From: Antedon mediterranea
Taxonomy: Eukaryota; Animalia; Echinodermata
DNA length: 64,000 nucleotides
Assembly (NCBI RefSeq): GCF_964355755.1
Contig: NC_092679.1
Location: 8,214,201 to 8,278,200, forward strand
Direction of reading: 5' to 3'
Made by a program: the position numbers and the translations under genes. Position 1 is the stretch's first letter. Each line of letters begins with the position of its first letter. The notes under the pieces were generated by a model. That model ran no database searches. It saw only the letters and a program-made list of their open reading frames with translations, and was not told the DNA's origin. Of the stretch, positions 53,592-64,000 are shown piece by piece.

Positions 53592-56474
53592 TCATTGCTT
53601 TGTGGGTGGCGTCTCACTTTGATCTGATAATCCACTAGATTCTTTTCGTCGCGGTGACCATTCTCGTTTAACATCGGATTCTCTTCTGCGAGCTAATAGT
53701 GTTTTTGTCAAACTACCAATATTCATCCGTTGAGGTGGAACTTTGTCTTTAGGAGCAAGTTCAGCAAGTTGTGCTTCGGCATCGAGCATGCACCAATCGG
53801 GTACACGTCCTGTCTCACGATAATGCTCTTTACTAAGTGATCTGTAACTTAAAACTTCAAGACTTCCTAAAATTGCACCTATTAAAAACAAGTAATATAA
53901 ATTAATTACATGGTCTCTCTAAAAATACATGTATGGTTTAAGCAAACCCAAATAACTTAATTAAGTTTGTATTGTAGTTCCATACTTTAGGATAACAATA
54001 ATCTATATGAGCATTTGCTAATTAACTTACCACCTAGCCAAGCTGTGTAGTTAGGCTGCGATGGAGGACTGTGCATCTTAAAGTTTCTGAAAGCTAGTTT
54101 TTGCCTGTACTTGGGTCTTTCAAGTAAGTTTTTTAGCTCCGACATGAGCCTGTCCTTAAACCCTGGTAGCATTGTTGTACCTCCAACACAAACAAGGTTG
54201 TGTGCCAGTGTTTTACGAAAGTCAATAGGACACTAAATATAAAATCAATAAAATATTGTTGATTACTATCGGGAAAAAAAAGCTTTATAATACTGTATAT
54301 AAATCATCCCTTGGCCTATAAATTGGAGTAAGAATATACACAAACCTGAATTATTGAGTCCAGAATCAGTGTCGCAACAGACTTTTCCTCATTATCTTGT
54401 TCAAACAGAACTTCACAAACAATTTCTCTGATTTGACCATCTATGGCTAATATCCTTCCCCCATCTAAAGGATATTCAACAGCTGGGGGAGGGGGTGGCC
54501 TCTGAATATTTTCACATAAAAACAGGAATAAAATTAAAATATATTTACACAATAAAAGCATATCACAAAATGTTTTAAAATAATCAATAATAAGATCTTC
54601 TCTGAACGTTAATTACAGTCAATCAAAATTTACCTTAACTGCACTGCCATCTAAAAGAGATTCTTTAATTTTAGCAGATCTTTGAAAATTGCATACAAAA
54701 CAAGTTTTAACTGAAAAAGAATACATCGCAAAAATATATTACACACTTCTGTACAGAAATAAAACATTTCATCATAATACCATTCAATAATGTTGCATTT
54801 TGAGTTGTAAATGCTTTGTGTTAGGTACAGTACCAACCATATACCATACCTACACACAGACAAAACGTGGTTAATTAGGTAACAATAGGACAGCCCACAT
54901 TCACTCAACCATTGACTGTCTAATGGGCTTAGTGGTATTCACTTGGCTAATTTCCCTAGGTGCCCTGAATGGACAGTCACTTTTATATAGCCTACTCATT
55001 TTTGTATGTTATTTCCTACCATAGTCATGCTTTAATACTTAATATCACTACAATATTTCTAATAATTCAATAAAATTATATATAACTATACAGTACTATA
55101 AATAAATCAAGAAAAAGTGAAGACATGTTTATTTTTTGCATAATATGGATGTATTTTCTTTACTGTAAAAAATTTATTTATTTATTTATTCAAGATACAA
55201 CAGTGTATCAAGAAAAAACACCAATACAGAATCGCCATAAAATATACATTAGATTTACATAAAAAAGAACAAGGAAAACAAACAGATTTATATATTGTTA
55301 AAAATGACATTAAAGACAGAAGTATTACAACTAAAATATCATAAAGTAAAGTTCCTACTTTTAGCAGGAAGTAGCTAGTAGTAGTTACGTAATCGGCCTC
55401 TCGTGGAATATTGACACATGCTTTTTTTCCGAATATTTTCCGCAGACAGTACAAGGGTAGATGATTTCTGGTATGCCTGTTGCACATAGAGTATCACGGT
55501 GTGACATCACAACGATAGAGGCGCTGCATGATTGCTAGACAACCAAAAAATGCGTTCAGCGCTACTATGTTGATAAACAGTAAAGATCTGTATTTCTATC
55601 AAATTATGTATCTTAGCTTGATTTTTTTTTAACTTAAACTGTAGTTGAAGAATAAATAGATTATTAAAAACAGATATTTAGTGATCTTTTGAAATTTTAG
55701 TTTGTTTTTATTGAAAATTATTAAGTTTTAAAATGACTACTTCAATAAGCCTATTCCAAACCATTGGTGATCTTGGAGTTACTCAGGCAGGCTGAACCAC
55801 GCAGCGCCACCTACAGTTGTGACGTCAACACCGTGATACTCTATATTGAGTTTATTTAATTTTCAGAGTGAATTTTTAAATAGATACCTTTGATATCTTC
55901 TAAAACTGCTTCTTGTACATGTCCCATTATAGAGGATAGTGGCTTCTCTTCTACAGAATGCCCTCTGACCATTCCATTTTCCAAAAGGTGTGCTTCTAAT
56001 CGCCTAGGAAATAAAATATAGGTAGTTGTTTTGCAAAATAAATATCAATGAAAGATAATGTTTATGGGTCTATGTCTTTAAAAATAATGTTGAACCATTT
56101 AATATGAATTAGATTTTTAAAATAGTAACTTACTTATAAATAGCACATCCTGCAAGAGGTATACCTTGCCATCCTTTTAAAATCGGTGTGCATTCACAAA
56201 CTTATAAATAAAATGTTAAAGAAGTGTTTTTATCAGTCAATTTATTGATTACAATAACATAAATTAATAACTTGCTTTTTAATAAAACCAGGAACTTGTT
56301 TATACTCCTGGATGTATTTAGATAAAGAAGACAATATGCAAACTCCTTAGAATTAAAAAAGGATATTGGAAGGACAAGAGTTTCTTTGTATCCACAATCT
56401 ATAACCAGAGCTGTGTTGATTCCTAAAGTGAATAACACCAAAAGATGACTAGGTGCATACAAGATGGAAGGTAC
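53592..56474 (-). CDS. ACTR10: Actin-related protein 10 (dynactin Arp11), 3' seven exons; 5' exons not found in window
   Basis: [98 protein letters not shown]. Exons about 56474-56367, 56201-56134, 56003-55888, 54710-54634, 54501-54346, 54232-54031, 53878-53592. Confidence 0.93.
55485..55845. mobile_element. MITE with about 40-bp imperfect TIRs
   Basis: CATAGAGTATCACGGTGTGACATCACAAC and GTTGTGACGTCAACACCGTGATACTCTATA; TSD not resolved. Confidence 0.65.
56202..56366 (-). other. U12-type (minor spliceosome) intron in ACTR10
   Basis: 5' site CCA|ATATCCTTTT, branch sequence TTCTTTAAC (56223-56215), in-frame 3' junction ...TATAA|GTTTGTGAA. Confidence 0.85.
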
Positions 56475-56621
56475 CTATGGATGTAAAAAGAAAATCAATA
56501 TATTGTATATTTATTTTCAATAATTCTCTCCTAATTCATAACTAACATTTACTGTCTCAATAATATGTTAATATATACCTGTGGTCACTAAGTTAATTTG
56601 CCATTGGACTAGAATAATTAA

Positions 56622-57247
56622 AGCCCCATTCCCTACGTTTTTTAGATCTAATTTAAGATCACAAACTATATTTAATGTAAAAATAATACTATATGGTCCT
56701 ATTGCGATAACTTTTTTCGTCTTTAAACGGTTAAAAATGTGAAAAATAAATCGATTTTAATAATTATAGCGGCCCGCTATAAATCCCAAAATGCATTGCG
56801 CGCGGATTGATATTGTTGTTTTTCACCTGTAATTCGCCCACTTTTCGATCGATCGTGAAGCCAAAACAAATGGAAGACTCCTAACTTTTCAGCGAAAATA
56901 CTGGGTTTTCCCCAATTTGTATCAACGGAGTCTGGCAAAAATAGAAAGACAATTAATGCAGCAACTATACAACGTCAGACTAGGTATATAGCTAGCGTAC
57001 GATGTTCGTACGTTACCGATGTTTACCAGCTAGGCCTACAAAACTAAGCCTAGCTAGGCTAGGCCTGAGACCGTCCACGAGAGGTCGATCGCCGCGAGCT
57101 ACTTAGGTAGTGCATTGTTTCTCACTTTTTATCATAATTTACCATAAAACGTACATTTAAGACAAGGAATGACATGGTTTAATGTTTTTAAAGTGATATA
57201 TATGTATTATTTTCCAAAAAACGTCCAAAATTGCAGGGAAGGGGTCT
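56622..57247. mobile_element. Non-autonomous Kolobok-like element
   Basis: TTAA|AGCCCCATTCCCTAC...GCAGGGAAGGGGTCT|TTAA. Confidence 0.7.
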
Positions 57248-57527
57248 TTAATTGAATGAATTGTTAACTAAAAAACGCCCCAAAATCGAAGAGTGGGCAT
57301 GTCCGACCTGCACCAATGACGTACATTTTACAAAGTATTAGAATGGTAATTGGTGAACCAAATTAGATTGCAATGATTATAGGGGGTTATAGGGTAGAAT
57401 TACTAATGAGTTGTACAGGAAAAGAAGTATAATGTTGCAGAAATGTAAATTTCAGTATCTATATATAAATTTACGTAAGGACAAAATTCGGTAAATCGCG
57501 AGTTATTTCTAGAATGTTTACTCGATG

Positions 57528-58928
57528 CATGGATTAAAGAATAGAAGGATATGCATCGACGGTGACATCAAACGATTTTACAACGCGCTTGCCTATACTA
57601 AAGCACTGCTGCCAATCAAACAAACACGCTCATTGAACTCTGTGTCTCTAACCGCGGCCCTCTGTAAAACGCTGCGAATCAACTGTTACATTTTTTAGAC
57701 CAAAACGTAACCATGTAGAAATCGTATGCGCAGTGTGAATGTTCTATTGACATGTCTGCGTCGATGATTAATTGACAACAAAAATATATTGCTGAATAAT
57801 TCTGTTTTAGTTTCATCACAATCGGACTACGAAAAGTTCACTTTCTTACGACTGGTAATTTTAAGTAGTTGGTAATATTGATAAAATATGCAATTTTTAT
57901 ATTTGAATTATCATTATTTGCCTGCCATCTTCTGTCATTAAAAATTGCGTTAATCTATAGAGAATATTAAATTATGCATTTGACCATGTATGTTGTTAGC
58001 GTGGCCGGTGTTCACCCATACAACAATCGTGTTTTTAATATATGGCTAAGCAGTGGTTTCTTCATAAATCTCCTTAATTATCGATGTGATTATATTTAAA
58101 TTGTAGTGCCTGGTGATTGGCTAGTGGTTATGTCATCCACATCACATTCAATCACCGGGTCTAATTGAATGAAAACAGCGATCCCTGATCCGGGATTGGC
58201 TGGCTATGTATAGTTGCGATTCGTTACCTAGCGGTCGTTTTGAAAAGTACACGCATGGCAAACTTAATCACGAACAAACGAAGTACTGTACCTATTATTC
58301 ACACAAGAAGTAAGACAACGGTGAGTATATAGATCATGATTACACGTTGTATCTACTACACTTAAGATTAGCCTAGGCCTACCTAGGCAGTATCAATGTC
58401 GGCAAATCATATGGTTTACTAGTAAGCCTAGAAGGCCTAGGCTTAGTATCCTTGCTGATTTTGTAATTTTACATGTAGGCTGAGACAACAAATAGTTATT
58501 GTCTCAGATGTAGGGCTACTACAGGTCATAAACTGCTACTCTGTCATAAAAACATTAGCGTAGATCAATCGCGGCAGAAACCTATACTAATTGCAATTAC
58601 AGCATCTACAATTCTAAGCCAATAACAATATAGTATTTTATCTGGTATATTGATGAAGTAAGCCTACACTAGGGTCTTCACAATAACATACAATGTAATT
58701 GAATAACTGTTTTCAATAAACATTATACTCAGTGGCGTGAGACAGAGGCCAACAAGGTTAAATGTCGTTGCACATGTGCAGTAAACAATATATTAGGCAC
58801 GCGACCGTTTCGTTGTTACCATGCGGTTAATTAAACTGTAACATTGTGGGCGGTCCGCGCTCTGTCGGCGAGAGTCAAGGAACCCTTGATCTCAAGTCGA
58901 TGCATATCCTTCTATTCTTTAATCCATG
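57528..58928. mobile_element. Non-autonomous P-element-like transposon
   Basis: Perfect 33-bp TIR CATGGATTAAAGAATAGAAGGATATGCATCGAC; 7-bp TSD CTCGATG (57521-57527 and 58929-58935). Confidence 0.85.
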
Positions 58929-59317
58929 CTCGATGGTATATAAAGTTGGTTAGAATCTCGGTACTGATTTAAACCACCAGATGTAACCCTGTTTACTAAT
59001 TAAATTGAGTTAGATAATTAGTTATTGACATTGACGATTTGCCCCAAATAGGGGTGTTTTCCGACCGTAGTATACACTGTTTAATGGATGTCCTCTTAAA
59101 AAATACCTGCACACAATAATACGAGGATGCTTCGCATTTTCCTATCTCCTCCTACGATAATTGTTTTTAATAGCTGAAAACCGGTTGAACAACTCGAGTA
59201 CAGTATCATAATGTTGAAGCCAGGCCGATTTTCTTAAAAAAATACTATTTTGATAGATTTAATATACGTTTATACAAATGTATTGATTTGCGATGAATGG
59301 AACATTCCAATCTCTTA

Positions 59318-61695
59318 GGCCCTGTTCAGACCCATGGCGTTAGACCGTTTTAGCGTACGACGCTAAAAGAATGTGTGTCTGAACAGTTGGGGATTAGCGT
59401 ACAACGCGTCGTACAACGGTTATAGCGTTGTAGTGGAAAACGGTTGATAGTACCGTTTTAGCGTACGACGCTACTGTAAGTCAACGTTGTATCCAATCAG
59501 AACGTTTCCTGTTATGACGCGATACAAGGTTTGACCTAGGCTGACATCTTGTATCGTCAATGTGTGAGATGTATTTCAATAACAAAAAGGCCAGAATAAA
59601 TAAGGCCTAACTACACTACAAATACAACTGTTACAAAGGCTACAAAACTATCAACTGATTACCATTATATTTTCTAACAAATGACATAAATACATGCACC
59701 TTGTATTTAAACATAGGGACTACGATCCCATCCGCTTTTAGGCCTAGCTAGGCCTAGAGCCATTCAGGGGCGCAGCCAGCAAAGAATTAAAGGGGGGGTC
59801 AACCAATATGTGGCTGGCTGGGGTCCAGGGGGCGAATCCCCCTGGAAGCTTTGGCGGTCTAGGGCAATCTAGATCATTTGAATCGGTTTACGCACACACA
59901 AATATGACAATGTTAACACTAATAAACTGAAACAAAGAAAACAAAAAACAACTCTCATTTTCATTACAGAACATTTTTATATTCCAGGCTGCCACAGACA
60001 AACACTTTTTTTCTTGCTTGTTTGTTGATTTGTGTAGAGAGGCTGTAAACTCAGAGGAGAAATTATTTGAATTCCTCCCTTTTCACCAATACAAAAGTTG
60101 CATGAAATGAACGTAGAGATGCAAAAGTTTGAAAAAAGAAATTAGAATGATAGCATGGAGGGAGTGATATTATTAAATGAGAACCGTAAGGGGAGAGTTC
60201 ATACACTGTGCAAGTCCAAGAAGCTATCTTGGCTCCGTGTGTATGTGAGACGCTTATCATACCCAGTACATACAATATTTTGTTTAAAAATATACCTATT
60301 TTGTTCGAATGTATAGTATAGGTGATAGCTTATACATAATTGTAATAACTAACTTCTAAATTATTATCATACATTTTACGTTAGTTACTATAACGGCGCT
60401 CTTGACATCGCGTGATGCATCTTTAAACATAAGTTTGGAACATACATTCTTCTTGGCTTGGAGACAGAATTCGCGAATGACATTCTCTGTATTAATGTTC
60501 ATGTTAAAGTGTATGTTCATGAGGCACAATCCCGAAAGCTGCTCATAAGACATGTGATTTCCCAAACAGGTTTTCGTTCTCCATAAAGTCGAAAAACTCC
60601 GCTCAGCTTCAGCAGACGTTACGGGCATAGGCCTACGCGATTAGAAGAAGTGCACGCACATTCGGGAACATATCTGGATCCGCTAATTTTACACAGTCGC
60701 TTCCATCACTGAAGCTCGGAATGAAGATGTTCGTGTCTTGGCAGATCATCGTACCAAATTCAAGTTCCTTGAAGACTTCTTCAACATTACACTTCACTAT
60801 AGACTCTGGTGCTACGCCAAATATTTTAAAGCATGGCCTGTTATCGGCAGAAAAACGGGTTTTTAACTCGGTTTGTAATCAAGAAGTTGATTTGGTAATA
60901 CTGCTCGGTAGTAATCTTCCACAGTATCTCCAGGATTATTTGATCTGTATTGTTGTCTCATGTTTTTATTTATTTTTTCTAAAAAAAGGGGGGGGGGGGT
61001 CAACACCCCCGTGACCCCCCCCACCCCCACTGGCTGCGCCCCTGCCATTCACGCATTTCATTCAAGCTAAAAACTAGCGTGGGACATCAAGTCACTCATT
61101 CATACAAGGCAGACTAGACTGGACAAGTTTAATGCTGAAAAACCCCTAACTCCTAACCATGGAGGTATAATCCTAACAAATTCAGTAAACAAACAAGGGG
61201 AGCTGTGTCCCTTTTATTAGCAAGTTAAGGGTTATTTTCAACCGACTGGAACAAAGAATATATATCTTTGACTGGACTGGATAGACTAATCACAATCAAT
61301 TTTTCCTTCATCATTAGGAGGCCTGCTTTATTTTCGTAACACAAGAGCCTGGGGAAAATGTTTTTTAATACAAAATAAAAACAATAGAAACAGAAATTTG
61401 GCTTTACTATATTTTTCTTAAATAAATTCTGAGGTATGTTTTATTTACGGCAAATTTTGTCATAATTGTAGGGCTGAGATCTAGGCCTATATACAGTGGA
61501 AATAATTATGAAAACACGTGGGTAAGAGCACATGAATATGCAACTAGAAACAACCTGAATGACGTACTTCCGTTGTAACGATAATCGTACGCTATAGGTC
61601 TGAACACCTCGTTTTTTTCTCTGCGGTTTGTAACGTGACCTTGCTAGTAACGTTGTACGCTAAAACGGTCTAACGCCATGGGTCTGAACATAGCC
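59318..61695. mobile_element. Non-autonomous PIF/Harbinger-like element containing a nested hAT
   Basis: TIR GGCCCTGTTCAGACCCATGGCGTTAGACCGTTTTAGCGTAC and GTACGCTAAAACGGTCTAACGCCATGGGTCTGAACATAGCC; flanks TTA and TCA (imperfect 3-bp TSD). Confidence 0.75.
59765..61044 (-). mobile_element. Deleted hAT transposon with C-terminal dimerisation-domain remnant and 5-bp TSD
   Basis: TIR CAGGGGCGCAGCCAG...CTGGCTGCGCCCCTG; TSD CCATT; minus-strand remnants VEDYYRA and MPVTSAEAERSFSTLWRTKT...LSGLCLMNIH. Confidence 0.82.
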
Positions 61696-63278
61696 TCAGA
61701 CTCCCAGTTTGTAGGTAAATTTATGAGCCCTCCATGGTTTAACACAAGTAGGTAAATTTATGGGCCCTTTGAGAATAAACTTAACACTGAGATATGGCAT
61801 TGCAATACTTTGACAATATTGTAAATACTGAACGTAATAACTATTTTTGGTCGCCATTTGAATCGAAATTTTCTTACTGTGAATGTGGTTACTGTTTATT
61901 GTATTAATTAGTAATTATAAAAAATATAAACGTTGTAGTGGTGTATCGTTACATGTACTTTACTATTTCAATCGACTTAACAGGGACAGTTTTAGATTTT
62001 TGGACTCATTTTAAGACAAGTTTCTCCTTCGGAAGTAGGCCTATTTCCCAGTGTGCTAATTTTAGTTGACTACATTAATCATCGTGTCTATTTATTCGTT
62101 TCTGAAAACGACGATGTATTTGTACTCCTGTGGTACGTACATTTGAAATCGCCAGTTTTTTTAAGCTGAAATTACTGTGTATTCGAGAACCATCTGTGGA
62201 CACGACCTAGATGGTACGCGAGCGTGCCATCTAGTATTGATAATTCCTATAAGAAATTAATTTATGTATTGGCATTTATAAAAAATATTACCTCATAGTG
62301 CTTGAATAACACTTTTGCAAGAGTTTCCCTAAATGAAGAGGGACATAAAAACGACTCACAGATTATCACTCTACGGTCACGTGTGTTAACAAGCAAATGT
62401 CTGCAAAAAACAACAAAAACAACATACTTTAATAGATCATGTCACACACCAATAACAATAAAACATGATAGTCAAATTTCACATTGTTGGAATTCATTAC
62501 CTGAAATAAATGACATGAAGAAAATCAATAAGTGTATCATAAAGTTCATCATCTTCAGTTTGCTCGAACACTTTGATTACTTTATTGGTCTTTGTACATT
62601 TTACTTCACTTCTTATTATAGCCCTTGGTTGGCATTCTCCTGCAAATCCTACTCTAAAAAAAAAAAATTGTTTGTAAGAACAATCTACAGATGTGAAGGA
62701 TAAATGACCAAACACACTTATTATATATCACTTCTACAATGCTAAATAAAAGCAGCATCATTGATTTCAGTGTTTCAGTATTATTATTTTATCAATTTGC
62801 TTTGTTTGCACTTTTTGCATCAATCCGAGTTTGACAGATTAGGTTTTGCCGAGTTGACTTGAGGCTGACTTGACATGGGGCCGATTTCACATTGGCCAAG
62901 ATGATTTAGGGCCGACTTGGATCGAATTCGTTCAGTCAGCATCAACAAAAATTAAATCAGAGAATCAATACGAAGATAAGATTATTATATTAAGAGTAAT
63001 AATGTTATTGCCTAGGCAGTAAAAATAGTAGGTCCAGTCTAGGCCTACTAGATGGTAGGGTTAATTTAAATAAGGTGATTCTGTATATTTATTATTATTA
63101 TTTCTTTTCATATCCATGAGGACCGAAGCTACCATTTTACCCTCTCTTCCCAGGTCCTACTTTACGTTACGAGGACTGGCCGGCGCCGACTGGCCTACCT
63201 TTCGCCTAAAAGACCAGCCTAGCTAGCCCATTTCCATAGGCCAGGCCTACTAGGCCTAGCCTATCTATATACTTTCTA

Positions 63279-63360
63279 GGCCCTAGGCCTACCTGTCGAT
63301 CGGCCCTAGGCCTACCTGTCGATCGGCCCTAGGCCTACCTGTCGATCGGCCCTAGGCCTA
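63279..63360. repeat. 23-bp tandem repeat, about 3.5 copies
   Basis: GGCCCTAGGCCTACCTGTCGATC at 63279, 63302, 63325 and a partial copy at 63348. Confidence 0.9.
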
Positions 63361-63617
63361 GATAGTTCCCAGTAGTAGGCCTAGCCTAGGCCTAGTACAG
63401 TAGAAACAATCAATGACGTATTTATTGACTAATTGGTACCACATCAACTTCTAGCCTAATATAATTATGATTATCATATTAATTATATTTATAAGTACTT
63501 TGTATAAACGGTCCCTAAATCAAATATAACTGCTGTTTTTTCTACAGCAGCTGTTAATCCTTCATATAGAGGCATAATTATCTCTCTGCTGGCTGCAGCT
63601 ACAGTAGCAGCTAGCTG

Positions 63618-63820
63618 TAAAGTCGCCCATCGCATGCAAAGTCGCCCCAACACAAAGTCGCCCCATCGCGCGCAAAGATGTAGTCATCCAAGTCGGCCCT
63701 ATACCGTCTCGGCCAAAGTCAAGTCGGCCCCAATTCAAGTCGGTCCCAGGTCAACTCGGCCTCAAGTCAACTCGGCCTCACGTCAACTCGGCCAAAAAAT
63801 AATCGGTCAACTCGGCCCCG
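63618..63820. repeat. Subterminal-type short repeats (AAGTCGGCC / CAACTCGGCC), probable MITE end
   Basis: Many copies of GTCAACTCGGCC and AAGTCGCCC; reverse-complement copies at about 62820-62925. Confidence 0.5.
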
Positions 63821-64000
63821 CTAAAGTATGGAACGCAAAAAGTGAAAATGAAGGGGATTGATAAAATAATATTTATTCAAATTTTTTATTGATTAATAAG
63901 CATTCACGGGCATTCATACTATTATTAATGATTATAATGAACATTTGGATAATAAATAGGAACACATTGTAGGCCCAATAATGATGATGCACGTAGTGGG

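Noticed and set aside
62302-62715. 133-aa and 72-aa ORFs as ACTR10 upstream exons or a new gene
   Set aside because: No actin-fold or other recognisable motif; composition is typical of chance ORFs in AT-rich DNA.

Overview
AT-rich, intron-containing animal genomic DNA, probably a marine invertebrate (inferred from a Deu/Nin-domain SINE and the transposon repertoire). All calls were made by eye without database searches, so coordinates may be off by a few bp. Four spliced host genes: GPATCH2-like (+, 2842-7574, with an extra R3H-like exon); an 8-exon YeeE/YedE (TsuA-like) sulfur-compound transporter (-, 13599-16209); ATG2 (+, 18741-52334, about 39 exons); and the 3' part of ACTR10 (-, 53592-56474, 5' exons not found in the window). 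Introns and intergenic DNA are packed with mobile DNA: a decayed AcademX element, a Mag-like Gypsy with 112-bp LTRs, and non-autonomous Academ-, Harbinger-, Kolobok-, P-, Merlin-, hAT- and Helitron-like elements, several nested, plus several tandem arrays. The most notable observations are the intron-rich bacterial-type sulfur transporter, an 88-bp array in ATG2 that creates eight potential in-frame 33-nt microexons, a minor-spliceosome intron in ACTR10 that appears to have AT-AA ends, and a 30-bp P-element-like excision footprint. No CRISPR, rRNA or tRNA genes were found.
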